64,000 nucleotides of DNA from an uncultured Mycoplasmatota bacterium (GCA_948434005.1 CAOJEH010000001.1:13678-77677); one strand, 5' to 3'. Positions 50,844 through 61,504 are shown, counted from the first letter of the stretch. Translations and numbers: made by a program. The notes: a model not told the origin generated them from the letters alone.

Positions 50844-52732
50844 TGATAAAAGTGAAATACGAAATAATAGTAGTAGGTGGAGGACATGCTGGCTGTGAGG
50901 CCGCTTTAGCCACATCAAGAAAAAATCATAAAACATTATTAATTACAGGAAATATAAATAATATTGCAGATATGCCTTGTAATCCTTCAATTGGTGGTCC
51001 TGCTAAGGGAATTGTTGTACGAGAAATAGATGCTTTAGGTGGAGAAATGGGAAAATGCGCTGATAAAGGTGCAATTCAGGTAAAAATGTTAAATACAAAA
51101 AAAGGACCTGCTGTACAAGCATTACGTGCACAAGAAGATAAACATATATATCCAAAGGAGATGCTAAAAACACTAAAACAAGAAAAAAACTTAGATATAA
51201 AAGAATCATTAGTAGAACATTTAATAGTAAAAGATAAAAAAATAAAAGGTATTGTATTAGAAACTGGCGAAGAAATAAAAGCTGATGCTGTAATATTAAC
51301 AACAGGAACATATTTAAAAGGTATGATATTAGTTGGATCAAATAAAACACCAGGAGGACCTCACGGAGAAAGAGATTCAAAGTTTTTATCAGAAGACCTA
51401 AAACAACTAGGTTTTAATATTCTAAGATTAAAAACAGGCACACCACCAAGAATAGATAAAAGTAGTATAGATTATGAAGAAACAAAACTTGAGCCAGGTG
51501 ATTTAAAAGAATTAACTTTTTCATATGATAATAAATCATATTATGACTATAAGAACCAAACTCCATGTCATTTAATATATACAAATAATGAAACTCATAA
51601 AATAATAAATGAACATTTAAATGAATCTTCTATGTATGGAGGCTATGTAGAAGGTGTAGGTCCAAGATACTGTCCATCAATAGAAGATAAGGTAGTAAGA
51701 TTTAAAGATAAAGAAAGACATCAATTATTTTTAGAACCAGAAAGTAATATAAAAGAAGATAAAGAGTATGGAAATACAATTTATATTCAAGGGTTTTCTA
51801 CAAGTATGCCAGAATATGTTCAAGAAAAAATGATTTATAGCCTACCAGGTCTAAAAAATGCAAAAATACTTAAATATGCGTATGCCATAGAATATGATGC
51901 TATAGACTCTAAACAATTAAAGCAAAGTTTAGAAACAAAACTTATAGAAGGTTTATATACAGCCGGTCAAATTAATGGGACAAGTGGATACGAAGAAGCA
52001 GCAGGACAAGGTTTAATTGCAGGAATTAATGCAGCATTAAAACTAGAAGGAAAATCTCCATTAATATTGAAAAGAAACGAATCCTATATTGGTGTTTTAA
52101 TAGATGATTTAGTAACTAAAGGAGTAAAAGACCCATATAGATTATTAACATCACGTGCAGAATATAGATTATTATTAAGACATGATAATGCAGATATAAG
52201 ATTAAGAGAGTATGGTTATCAAGTAGGTCTTATAAAAGAAGATAAATATAAAGAATTTCTAAAAAAGAAACAAGATATAGAAGAAGTATATAAATTATTG
52301 AAAGAGGCAAGAATAACACCAAAAGAAGATATAAATAATTATTTAAAAGAAATAAGAAGTAGTGAATTAAAAGACGGTATAAGTTTATATGATTTATTAA
52401 AAAGACCTGAAATTTCTATAGATAATCTAAAACACTTTATAGAACTTAATTATAATAATGAAGTTTTAGAACAAGTAGAAATTAATGTTAGATATGAAGG
52501 ATATATAAAGAAAGCTAATAAAGAAGCAGAAAAAATGTTAAGTTTAGAGAAAAAATTAATACCAGATGATATAGACTATGATAATATTCCAAATATTGCA
52601 AGTGAAGCAAAACAAAAACTATCTGAAATAAGACCTACTTCAATTGGACAAGCTTCTCGTATAAGTGGAGTAAATCCTGCGGATATAGGAGTTTTAATGG
52701 TTTATTTAAAAAGGAAGTATAATAATGAGTAA
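50843..52732 (+). CDS. mnmG: tRNA uridine 5-carboxymethylaminomethyl modification enzyme MnmG (GidA)
   Basis: FAD motif VVGGGHAGCEAA; 629 aa; highly conserved GidA signature blocks. Confidence 0.96.
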   Translation: MIKVKYEIIVVGGGHAGCEAALATSRKNHKTLLITGNINNIADMPCNPSIGGPAKGIVVREIDALGGEMGKCADKGAIQVKMLNTKKGPAVQALRAQEDKHIYPKEMLKTLKQEKNLDIKESLVEHLIVKDKKIKGIVLETGEEIKADAVILTTGTYLKGMILVGSNKTPGGPHGERDSKFLSEDLKQLGFNILRLKTGTPPRIDKSSIDYEETKLEPGDLKELTFSYDNKSYYDYKNQTPCHLIYTNNETHKIINEHLNESSMYGGYVEGVGPRYCPSIEDKVVRFKDKERHQLFLEPESNIKEDKEYGNTIYIQGFSTSMPEYVQEKMIYSLPGLKNAKILKYAYAIEYDAIDSKQLKQSLETKLIEGLYTAGQINGTSGYEEAAGQGLIAGINAALKLEGKSPLILKRNESYIGVLIDDLVTKGVKDPYRLLTSRAEYRLLLRHDNADIRLREYGYQVGLIKEDKYKEFLKKKQDIEEVYKLLKEARITPKEDINNYLKEIRSSELKDGISLYDLLKRPEISIDNLKHFIELNYNNEVLEQVEINVRYEGYIKKANKEAEKMLSLEKKLIPDDIDYDNIPNIASEAKQKLSEIRPTSIGQASRISGVNPADIGVLMVYLKRKYNNE

Positions 52733-53363
52733 AGAAGAACTATATGAGGAATTAGAAAAATTAGGTATATCTTTAACTGAGGAACAAAAAGAACAATTAG
52801 AAAAATTTTATAATATTTTAATAGAAGAAAATACAAAAATAAATTTAACTAGAATAATAGAAAAAGAAGATGTTTATTTAAAGCATTTTTATGATAGTTT
52901 AACTATAGCAAAAGAAATAAATTTAAATAAAGTAAATACTTTATGTGACATAGGAAGTGGTGCAGGATTTCCTGGAATAGTATTAAAAATTGTGTTTCCT
53001 CACTTAAAAATAGTATTAATAGATTCATTATTAAAAAGAGTAAATTACTTAAATGAAACCATAAATAAACTAAAACTAAAAAATATAGAAGCAGTTCATA
53101 CAAGAAGTGAAGATTATAAAGGCGAATTTGATATAGTAACATCTCGAGCAGTGGCTAATTTAAAAAAACTAATTCCTTGGTGCATACATCTTGTAAAACC
53201 AAATGGAGTTATGATAGCAATGAAAGGAAATATAGAAGAAGAATTAAAAGATATTGATAAAGTTTTAAAGAAAAATCATTGTAAAATAGATAAAGTAATA
53301 AAGTTTATATTACCGAAAGAAAATAGCAATAGAACATTGATCACTCTTTCAAAGAAATTATAA
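52725..53363 (+). CDS. rsmG: 16S rRNA (guanine527-N7)-methyltransferase RsmG (GidB)
   Basis: SAM motif DIGSGAGFPGIVLKI; 8-nt overlap with mnmG; 212 aa. Confidence 0.93.
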   Translation: MSKEELYEELEKLGISLTEEQKEQLEKFYNILIEENTKINLTRIIEKEDVYLKHFYDSLTIAKEINLNKVNTLCDIGSGAGFPGIVLKIVFPHLKIVLIDSLLKRVNYLNETINKLKLKNIEAVHTRSEDYKGEFDIVTSRAVANLKKLIPWCIHLVKPNGVMIAMKGNIEEELKDIDKVLKKNHCKIDKVIKFILPKENSNRTLITLSKKL

Positions 53364-53485
53364 GTAAAAGGGATGTTAAAAATATTAATCTCTTTTTTTA
53401 TTTCAACTCTTTTCAAAATAAAAAAATAATGATATACTATATAATAGAATAAAAGAATAAAAGAATAAAAAGAGAGGTATTAGGT

Positions 53486-55099
53486 ATGCAGCAAGGAGAA
53501 GAAGTAGTATATCTATATTTGGATGATATTATTCCTAATAGGTTTCAACCTAGAGAAGTATTTGATGAAAGACCTTTAAAAGAATTAGCTGTTTCTATAA
53601 AAGAACATGGAGTAATACAACCAATTATAGTAAGAAAAGTAAATGATAAATATGAAATAATAGCTGGTGAACGTAGATATAAAGCTTCTGCTTTAGCTGG
53701 ATTAACTAAGATACCTGCAATTATTAGAGATTTAGATGATAAAGAAACTTCTAAAGTAGCATTGTTAGAAAATTTACAAAGAAAAAATTTGAATCCATTA
53801 GAAGAAGCTAAAACATATCAAAAAATATTAGAAATAGATGAAATGACCCAAGAAGAGTTAGCAAAAACAATGGGAAAAAGTCAATCAGCAGTATCAAATA
53901 AGATAAGACTTCTATCATTATCTGAAGAGGTTCAACAAGCGTTATTAAAAGAAGAAATATCAGAAAGACATGCAAGAGCATTATTAAATATAGATGATAA
54001 AGAAGAACAAAACAAATTATTAAAAGAAATTATAGATAATAAGATGACAGTAAGACAATTAGAAGCAAAAATTAAAGGAGAAACTGTTTCAAATCAATCA
54101 ATAAACGAAGTATCATCTGAAATTACACCAAATATAGCTATTCCAGAAAATAGCGAAGATATAGGTTCTCAAACCAACTTCTTATCAAGTAGCCCATTAG
54201 TACCAAATTTTGGAGAAAATGAATCAGTAAATCAAAATAATCCAATGGCTTCAATTTTTAATAATATAGAGCAAAAAGAAGAACCATTAATAGTGAATAC
54301 TAATACTGAACCAAATTCTATGATGAATCAGTCAGAAGAAGATAAGGAGCCTTTAATAACAATGCCTAATGAAAATAATATAAATCAATCTGATGATTCA
54401 CAATCTAGTGAACCATTAATAATGATGTCAACAAATTCTAATGAATCATCAAATAATAGCAACGATAATAGTAATACTGAGAATAATAAATTTATAAATT
54501 TCGGAGAAATAGATGATGATGAAGATGATGAACCTGCAGATGAAAAGTTTTACGAAGATACTATTAATGATAGTCCTAGCATTTCATTTGGAGCAGGGCC
54601 AATATCAGCTAATAATGCAATTGACTTAGATGATTTAAAACAAAATACCAAAGATATTAATATCAAAGATGAGAACGCACCAGGCGCAGATTTAGATAGT
54701 CTATTAAGAATTAATAATAATGATTTATCAATTAATAATTCTAATACAGAAGAAAACGATAGTTTTAAGTTTTTTTCTCCAGCTGCAGAAGCAATAAAAG
54801 AAAGTGAAAATAATGAAAAACCAAAAAATAGCGAAGACTACTTTAAAGCTCCAGACTTGATGGGGATAGATTTACCAGGTGAAGTTCCTACATATAATAC
54901 AAATAATGTTCCATTAGCAAGTAATATAGATACTAAATCTATAGAAACAGAATCAAAACAAAATAGCTTAGAAAATGCTATAAATATTATAAATAATTCT
55001 ATAAAGGAAATAGAACAATCAGGCATTAAAGTAGAAAAGGATGAAATGAATTTAAATAATTCTTATCAAGTAATAATCAAATTAGAAAAAGACAACTAA
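53486..55099 (+). CDS. noc: Noc/ParB-family protein with a long low-complexity internal region (positional Noc orthologue)
   Basis: N-terminal ParB box IPNRFQPREVFDE...GVIQPIIVR...EIIAGERRYKAS...ALLENLQRKNL; HTH QEELAKTMGKSQSAVSNKIRLL. C-terminus LENAINIINNSIKEIEQSGIKVEKDEMNLNNSYQVIIKLEK aligns with the B. subtilis Noc C-terminus ...[33 protein letters not shown]. Between them lie ~320 aa of N/S/E/D-rich sequence with three E/K/S-EPLI repeats. Confidence 0.8.
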   Translation: MQQGEEVVYLYLDDIIPNRFQPREVFDERPLKELAVSIKEHGVIQPIIVRKVNDKYEIIAGERRYKASALAGLTKIPAIIRDLDDKETSKVALLENLQRKNLNPLEEAKTYQKILEIDEMTQEELAKTMGKSQSAVSNKIRLLSLSEEVQQALLKEEISERHARALLNIDDKEEQNKLLKEIIDNKMTVRQLEAKIKGETVSNQSINEVSSEITPNIAIPENSEDIGSQTNFLSSSPLVPNFGENESVNQNNPMASIFNNIEQKEEPLIVNTNTEPNSMMNQSEEDKEPLITMPNENNINQSDDSQSSEPLIMMSTNSNESSNNSNDNSNTENNKFINFGEIDDDEDDEPADEKFYEDTINDSPSISFGAGPISANNAIDLDDLKQNTKDINIKDENAPGADLDSLLRINNNDLSINNSNTEENDSFKFFSPAAEAIKESENNEKPKNSEDYFKAPDLMGIDLPGEVPTYNTNNVPLASNIDTKSIETESKQNSLENAINIINNSIKEIEQSGIKVEKDEMNLNNSYQVIIKLEKDN

Positions 55100-55193
55100 A
55101 AGGTAGATAAAATCTACTTTTTTTACTAAAAACATTTCAAAATATGCCTATATTTGATACAATAAAATATGTACAAAAGGAACAGGTGATAGT

Positions 55194-55982
55194 ATGGGAA
55201 AGATAATTTCTTTAGTAAATCAAAAAGGTGGAGTAGGAAAAACAACTACAAGTATTAATCTTTCTGCGTCCCTTGCAGCACTAAATCAGAAAGTATTATT
55301 AATAGATTTAGATCCACAGGGAAACACTACAACAGGTGTAGGTATAAATAAAGGTGATATAGAAACAAGTATTTATGACGTTTTAACTGGAAAGTGTACT
55401 ATAGAACAAGCAATAGTACAAACAAAATATAAAAATCTATATGTAATACCTGCAACTATAAATTTAGCTGGATTAGATATCGAACTATTAGAAAAAAGTC
55501 AAACTGAACCAGGTTTTTCTAAAGGGACTCAATTAAAAAGTCACATAGAAAAAATAAATCTTAATTATGATTTTATTATAATAGATTGTCCTCCATCATT
55601 AGGTTTAATTACAACAAATGCCTTAACAGCATCTAATTCAGTAATAATTCCAGTACAATGTGAATTCTTTGCATTAGAAGGAATTATGCAATTATTAAAT
55701 ACTATAATGTTAGCCCAAAAAACATTAAATCCTAATTTAGATATAGAAGGAGTCCTTTTAACAATGTTAGATTCCAGAACTAATTTAGGCTTCGAAGTAG
55801 TAGAGGATATAAGAAAGTTCTTTAAAGAGAGAGTTTATAATACAATTATACCAAGATTAATTAGATTAACAGAAGCTCCTTCACATGGAGAACCAATTAT
55901 TGCATATGATCCAAAAAGTAGAGGATCAGAAGCATATATGAATTTAGCTAAGGAAGTGATTGAAAGAAATGGAAAACAATAA
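55194..55982 (+). CDS. soj: Chromosome partitioning ATPase ParA/Soj
   Basis: Deviant Walker A NQKGGVGKTTT; 262 aa. Confidence 0.95.
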   Translation: MGKIISLVNQKGGVGKTTTSINLSASLAALNQKVLLIDLDPQGNTTTGVGINKGDIETSIYDVLTGKCTIEQAIVQTKYKNLYVIPATINLAGLDIELLEKSQTEPGFSKGTQLKSHIEKINLNYDFIIIDCPPSLGLITTNALTASNSVIIPVQCEFFALEGIMQLLNTIMLAQKTLNPNLDIEGVLLTMLDSRTNLGFEVVEDIRKFFKERVYNTIIPRLIRLTEAPSHGEPIIAYDPKSRGSEAYMNLAKEVIERNGKQ

Positions 55983-56862
55983 TTTAAAAAGAAGAGCATT
56001 GGGGAGAGGGTTGGAAGAATTATTTAATAATGAACCTATAGATTATAATAAAATGGAAGAGAAGATAATTACAGAAACACCAAAAGAACAAATTATAAAA
56101 ATATCTTTAGATGATTTAAGAAGTAATCCATATCAACCAAGACAAGTCTTTGATCAAAACGCCTTAGATGAGTTAGCTGCCTCTATAAAGGAACATGGAG
56201 TTTTTCAACCTATAATTGTTAAAAAAAGCATAAAAGGTTATGAAATAATAGCAGGAGAGCGTAGAGTTAAAGCTTCAAAAATAGCAGGATTAAAAGAAAT
56301 ACCAGCAATAGTTAGAGAATTTTCTGATAATGAGATGATGGAAATAGCATTATTAGAAAATTTACAAAGGGAAAATTTAAACTCAATAGAAGAAGCTATG
56401 GCATATAAACAATTACTAATTAATTTAAAATTAACACAAGAACAATTAGCAGAAAGATTAGGTAAGAGTAGAAGCCACATTACAAATATGATAGGTTTAT
56501 TAAATTTACCAAAACAAACACAAGATCTAATAAGTAGTAAAAAAATAACTATGGGTCACGCTAGAGTATTAAGTAAATTAGAAGATGAAGAAAAAATAAA
56601 CTCTTTAGCAAGCCAAATAATTTTAGATGGACTAAGCGTTAGACAATTAGAAGATATAACATCTAGTAAGGATGAATTTGAAAGAAAGAATAAAATTACT
56701 AGAGTAAAACAAGTAAAAAATCATGATTATGATTATTTAGAAGAAGAATTATCAGAAAAACTAGGAACAAAAGTAAAAGTAAAAAATACAAAATTGGAAA
56801 TTACTTTTGCTAATAGTAATGATTTAAATAGAATATTAGAAATAATGAATCTAAATAAATAA
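55960..56862 (+). CDS. spo0J: Chromosome partitioning protein ParB/Spo0J
   Basis: ParB boxes RSNPYQPRQVFD and GERRVKASKIAGL; HTH QEQLAERLGKSRSHITNMIGLL; C-terminal KLGTKVKVKNTKLEITFANSNDLNRILEIM. Confidence 0.95.
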   Translation: MKEMENNNLKRRALGRGLEELFNNEPIDYNKMEEKIITETPKEQIIKISLDDLRSNPYQPRQVFDQNALDELAASIKEHGVFQPIIVKKSIKGYEIIAGERRVKASKIAGLKEIPAIVREFSDNEMMEIALLENLQRENLNSIEEAMAYKQLLINLKLTQEQLAERLGKSRSHITNMIGLLNLPKQTQDLISSKKITMGHARVLSKLEDEEKINSLASQIILDGLSVRQLEDITSSKDEFERKNKITRVKQVKNHDYDYLEEELSEKLGTKVKVKNTKLEITFANSNDLNRILEIMNLNK

Positions 56863-56866
56863 GTGG

Positions 56867-57685
56867 GTGATAATAGTGATACTATTTGGTAAATATGAAA
56901 TAAGTATCCAACAACTTATAAATCCAATAGTTTATATAGTTATTGGTTTTATAATATATGAAATAGTTCAAAAAATAATAGTAAATACAGAGAAAAAAAA
57001 TTTTAAAAATAGGCACCATAAAAAAAGAGTAAAAACTATTAATAGTTTAATTATTAATATTGTTAGATATATAACAATTATATTTATAATTATAGCAATA
57101 CTCGCTAACTTTGGAGTAAACGTTAAATCAATAGTTGCTGGCTTAGGTATAACGGCGGCAATTTTAGGATTAGCTTTTCAAGACATAGCAAAAGATTTTC
57201 TAGCAGGAATATCAATAATAATGGAAGATCAATATGAGATTGGTGATACAGTAGAGATAAATGAATTTATGGGAGAAGTTATCTCATTAGGACTTAGAAC
57301 AACAAGAATAAAAAATTATAAAGGTCAAACTCTTATAATAGCTAATCATACTATAAGCCAAGTTATAAATTATAATTTATCTAATTCTCTTGCAATAGTA
57401 GATGTATCTGTTGATTATAGCTATGATTCTGATAAGGTTGAAAATGTATTAAATAAAATGGCAGAAGAAATATCAGGTAAAATTCCAAAAACTAAAGGAA
57501 AAGTAATTGTTCAAGGTATAAATGATTTAGAGGCTTCTGGTGTAATATATAGAGTAGTCGTAGAAACCTCATCTGCGGAACATCTTGGAGTTCAAAGAGA
57601 ATTAAGAAAAGAAATAAAGAAAGCATTAGATAAAGCAAATATAAAAATACCATATCAACAAATAGAGGTACATAATGGAAAATAA
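56867..57685 (+). CDS. mscS: Small-conductance mechanosensitive channel (MscS family)
   Basis: Three N-terminal TMs, then the MscS beta-domain signature (...GDTVEINEFMGEVISLGLRTTRIKNYKGQTLIIANH...). Confidence 0.8.
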   Translation: MIIVILFGKYEISIQQLINPIVYIVIGFIIYEIVQKIIVNTEKKNFKNRHHKKRVKTINSLIINIVRYITIIFIIIAILANFGVNVKSIVAGLGITAAILGLAFQDIAKDFLAGISIIMEDQYEIGDTVEINEFMGEVISLGLRTTRIKNYKGQTLIIANHTISQVINYNLSNSLAIVDVSVDYSYDSDKVENVLNKMAEEISGKIPKTKGKVIVQGINDLEASGVIYRVVVETSSAEHLGVQRELRKEIKKALDKANIKIPYQQIEVHNGK

Positions 57686-57878
57686 AAAAATAAATTATCA
57701 ATTAGGAACAAGAGTAATAATGAAAAAGCCGCATCCTTGTGGTGCCAACGAATGGGAAATTATAAGATTAGGTGCAGATATAAAAATAAAATGCCTAAAT
57801 TGTAATAGAACACTATTTATGCCAAGAATAGAATTCAATAAGAAATTAAAAAAGATCATTACTGAGGAAGGTAACTAA
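57675..57878 (+). CDS. DUF951-family small protein (YyzM-like)
   Basis: MKKPHPCGANEWEIIRLGADIKIKCLNCNRTLFMPRIEF; conserved position near ychF in Firmicutes. Confidence 0.7.
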   Translation: MENKKINYQLGTRVIMKKPHPCGANEWEIIRLGADIKIKCLNCNRTLFMPRIEFNKKLKKIITEEGN

Positions 57879-57879
57879 T

Positions 57880-59475
57880 ATGAGAAAAAATAAAAAACTA
57901 AAACTTAAAAAGTTTTATTTTCATCCAATAACAGTATTTATAGCATTAAGCTTTATTATTATTTTATTGAGTGGGATTTTATCAAAATTTGAAATGCAAG
58001 CAACATATAATACAGTTAATAAAAATACAAAAGAACTTGAAGCTACAATAGTCGCAGTAGAAAATTTACTTTCTTTTGATGGAATGCAATTTATTATAAG
58101 TAATGCATCTAAAAACTTTATGAGTTTTGCCCCTTTAGGTATGTTGCTTATTTCGTTAATAGGACTTTGTGTAGCAGAGGCAACTGGGTTTATTGAAGCC
58201 TTTTCTAGAAAATATATTAGAAAATTATCAAATGTCCAATTGACTTTTATAGTAATATTTTTATCAGTAATCTCATCATTAATAAATGAAATAGGCTATG
58301 CAATAATAATTCCATTAGTTGCAATGGTATATTCTGCTAACGGAAGAAATCCACTAACAGGTATAGTAACAGCATTTTGTGGAGTTGCATTTGGTACAGG
58401 AGTATCAATATTTGTTGGCTCAACAGAAGTCGCACTAATGGATTATACATCTATAGCAGCATCAATAATAGACAGTAATACTCATATTAGTTTAACTTGT
58501 AATTTAATATTTATTATTGTATCTTCAATAATAATTTCAATAGTAGGAACAATTATAGTAGAGAAAATAATAAGTCCAAGACTTGGTAAGTACAAAGTAA
58601 GAGAAGATTTATCAAAAACAGAAGAATTAAGAATTATAGATTTAGAGGAAGAAGAACAACATAAAATAGAGAGAGAAAAAAGACAAAAAAGAGGTCTTAA
58701 ATATGCTTTTATTACGGCAATAGTAGTAATTATAGTATTTATTTATATGTTAATACCAAATCTACCTAACTCAGGAATACTTTTAGATATGAAAGAAAAT
58801 ACTTATTTAGGACAAGTATTCGGAGATAATTCATATTTTCAAGATGGATTTACTTATATGATGTCACTATTATTCTTATTTATAGGTCTAGCTTATGGTA
58901 TAGGTGCTAAATCCATAAAAAACGATAGAGAGCTTATTGAAAAAACAGGAGAGTATTTTTCAAAAATAGGTACTATATTAGTATTAATATTTGTAGTATC
59001 TCAGTTTATCGCTATATTTAAAAAAGCAAATATTGGTTTAGTAATAACTGCATGGTTAGCTAATTTGATAGAGTATTTAAAATTTAGTGGTATACCATTA
59101 ATAATATTAACTTTAGTTGCTATAGCAATAGCAAATTTATTTTTAACAACACCGGGAGCAAAATGGGCAATCTTTTCACCAGTAATAGTTCCTATGTTTA
59201 TGCAATCAAATATATCAGCACAATTTGCACAAGTTGTTATGAGAGTTGGAGATTCAATGACAAATGGAATAACTCCTTTATTAGCATGTTTTGTAATATA
59301 TATGGGATATTTGAATATATATAATTTTGATAAGGATAAACCTATAACAATAAGAAGAGCAATAAAATTAGTAATACCATATTTTGTATTTACCTGCTTA
59401 ACTTGGATATTATTAGTCCTTGGTTGGTATATATTAGGTATTCCAATTGGTCCAGGTGTATACCCAACAATATAA
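57880..59475 (+). CDS. abgT: AbgT-family transporter (aminobenzoyl-glutamate / antimetabolite efflux family)
   Basis: 531 aa, ~12 TMs; N-terminal pattern FHPITVFIALSFIIILLSGI...LLSFDGMQFII...NFMSFAPLGMLLISLIGLCVAEATGFIEAF matches the AbgT/MtrF family. Confidence 0.7.
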   Translation: MRKNKKLKLKKFYFHPITVFIALSFIIILLSGILSKFEMQATYNTVNKNTKELEATIVAVENLLSFDGMQFIISNASKNFMSFAPLGMLLISLIGLCVAEATGFIEAFSRKYIRKLSNVQLTFIVIFLSVISSLINEIGYAIIIPLVAMVYSANGRNPLTGIVTAFCGVAFGTGVSIFVGSTEVALMDYTSIAASIIDSNTHISLTCNLIFIIVSSIIISIVGTIIVEKIISPRLGKYKVREDLSKTEELRIIDLEEEEQHKIEREKRQKRGLKYAFITAIVVIIVFIYMLIPNLPNSGILLDMKENTYLGQVFGDNSYFQDGFTYMMSLLFLFIGLAYGIGAKSIKNDRELIEKTGEYFSKIGTILVLIFVVSQFIAIFKKANIGLVITAWLANLIEYLKFSGIPLIILTLVAIAIANLFLTTPGAKWAIFSPVIVPMFMQSNISAQFAQVVMRVGDSMTNGITPLLACFVIYMGYLNIYNFDKDKPITIRRAIKLVIPYFVFTCLTWILLVLGWYILGIPIGPGVYPTI

Positions 59476-59570
59476 AGAAAAGAAATCGCTTTTCTTTTTC
59501 ATTTTATAGTAATCTAACTTGCCATATTAAATATTATACTTTATAATAAAAAAACCAAGGGGATAATTAT

Positions 59571-60200
59571 ATGGAAATTTACAAAAAGCAAAAGATTTTA
59601 ATAAGAACAATAGAAGAAAAGGATAAAAATAATTATTTAAAGCTATTTGATGAAGAAAACTTTGGATGTATTGGAATAAATGAAGATCAAAAACCTTCAC
59701 TATCTGAAACTAAAAGATTCTTACAACTTGTTATAGATAAGGAGATAATTGATGAAGAAATCCTAGTTTTAGAATCCACAGACGAATTTATTGGTTATGT
59801 AACAGTATCTAGACCACATAAAAATCAATACCATATAGGCTCAATTGCGGTGAGGAAAGAAAAAAGGAAACAAGGATATGGCACTTTATTATTAGATATA
59901 GTAAAAGAGTTAGCACGTAAAGATAACTGTTATATAAAACTAGAATGTATAAATGAATCCTTTAGTTATTTTAAGAACCAAGGTTTTAAAAATGATGGCA
60001 GGTTTTTTATATATGAAAAAAACGAAAAACAATTCCAAAATTCAAGTATGGGAAATAAACTAATAAAACCAATATTCGCAGATTATTCTATAATAGAAGA
60101 AGAGCGTAAAAAAAGATATGAAGAAGAAACTATCAAAGAGAGAGAACGTTTTCAAAAATTTTTAAAATCACCATTCTTTGATTATTTTAAAAGATTATAA
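59571..60200 (+). CDS. GNAT-family N-acetyltransferase with a charged C-terminal extension
   Basis: Acetyl-CoA motif RKQGYGTLLL; 209 aa. Confidence 0.65.
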   Translation: MEIYKKQKILIRTIEEKDKNNYLKLFDEENFGCIGINEDQKPSLSETKRFLQLVIDKEIIDEEILVLESTDEFIGYVTVSRPHKNQYHIGSIAVRKEKRKQGYGTLLLDIVKELARKDNCYIKLECINESFSYFKNQGFKNDGRFFIYEKNEKQFQNSSMGNKLIKPIFADYSIIEEERKKRYEEETIKERERFQKFLKSPFFDYFKRL

Positions 60201-60218
60201 AAGAAAAGAGGTAATAAT

Positions 60219-61319
60219 ATGAGTTTAACAGCTGGAATAGTAGGTCTTCCAAATGTTGGTAAATCTACATTATTTAATGCTATAACAAATCAAAAGATAC
60301 TTGCAGAAAACTATCCCTTTGCAACAATAGAGCCAAATGTAGGTGTGGTAACGGTACCAGATGAGAGGATGGATAAATTAAAGAGTATGTATGAGCCAAA
60401 TAAATTCATCCCCACTGCATATGAATTTACAGATATCGCAGGTTTAGTTAAGGGGGCTTCAAAAGGAGAAGGTTTAGGTAACAAATTTTTATCTCATATA
60501 AGAGAAGTAGATGCTATTGTAGAAGTTGTAAGATGCTTTGATAATGGAAAAATAATTCATGTAGATGGTAATGTAGATCCAATAAGAGATATAGAGACTA
60601 TAAACTTAGAACTTATAATATCTGATTTAGATATAATAAATAATAGATTAGAAAAAGTATCTAAAAAAGCTAGAACAACTAAAGACAAAGATAGCTTAAT
60701 AGAGGTAGAAGCTTTAGAAAAGGCAAAAGAATCATTAGAAAAAAATATACCTTTAAGAAGTATAGAATTTAGTGAAGAAGAAGAAAAAGTATTAAAATCA
60801 TATAGTTTTTTAACTATAAAACCAATTATTTATTTAGCAAATATAGATGAAGATGAATTAGGAAAAGAAGATAATGATTATGTAAAGACGGTAAAAGAAT
60901 ATGCAAAAGCAGAAAACTCTAAAGTAGTTAGTTTATGTGCAAAAGTAGAAGAAGATTTATCAGAATTAGAAAAAGATGATAAAAAGGAAATGCTAGAAGC
61001 TTTAGGAATAGAAAATTCTGGATTAGATAAACTTATTACTGCAACTTATGATATTTTAGGACTTGCTACTTATTTTACTGTAGGAAAAGATGAAGTAAGA
61101 GCTTGGACTTTTAAAAAGGGAATGAATGCAAAAAAATGTGCAGGAATTATTCATACTGATTTTGAAAAAGGATTTATAAGAGCAGAAGTAATATCTTATA
61201 ATGATTTAATAGAGTATGGGAGCGAACTACAAGTAAAAGAAGCTGGAAAAGCAAGATTAGAAGGAAAAGATTACTTAATGCAAGATGGAGATATCTGTCA
61301 TTTTAGGTTTAATGTATAG
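60219..61319 (+). CDS. ychF: Ribosome-binding ATPase YchF
   Basis: GLPNVGKSTLFNA P-loop; TGS C-terminal domain; 366 aa. Confidence 0.96.
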   Translation: MSLTAGIVGLPNVGKSTLFNAITNQKILAENYPFATIEPNVGVVTVPDERMDKLKSMYEPNKFIPTAYEFTDIAGLVKGASKGEGLGNKFLSHIREVDAIVEVVRCFDNGKIIHVDGNVDPIRDIETINLELIISDLDIINNRLEKVSKKARTTKDKDSLIEVEALEKAKESLEKNIPLRSIEFSEEEEKVLKSYSFLTIKPIIYLANIDEDELGKEDNDYVKTVKEYAKAENSKVVSLCAKVEEDLSELEKDDKKEMLEALGIENSGLDKLITATYDILGLATYFTVGKDEVRAWTFKKGMNAKKCAGIIHTDFEKGFIRAEVISYNDLIEYGSELQVKEAGKARLEGKDYLMQDGDICHFRFNV

Positions 61320-61504
61320 GATAGTTGATCAAATTGTCCAAAAATGGAAAGTTGCTTATTCTAGTGAAAAATACAAGATGGAAAATAAAATGGCAAAACA
61401 ATTTACAAAAATACAATAATTTGTTATAATACATACGAGTATTTAAAATACTCCTTACTCATAAAATTATTATATGAGTCGTATGTCCAAAAGGAGGTGG
61501 AATA

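Noticed and set aside
51003-51380. 125-aa minus-strand ORF inside mnmG; similar antisense ORFs at 48552-49067, 50669-50887, 52903-53142, 54838-55026, 56238-56480 and 57492-57701
   Set aside because: All are embedded antisense in conserved plus-strand genes. They are leucine and phenylalanine rich, as expected from complementing an A-rich coding strand.
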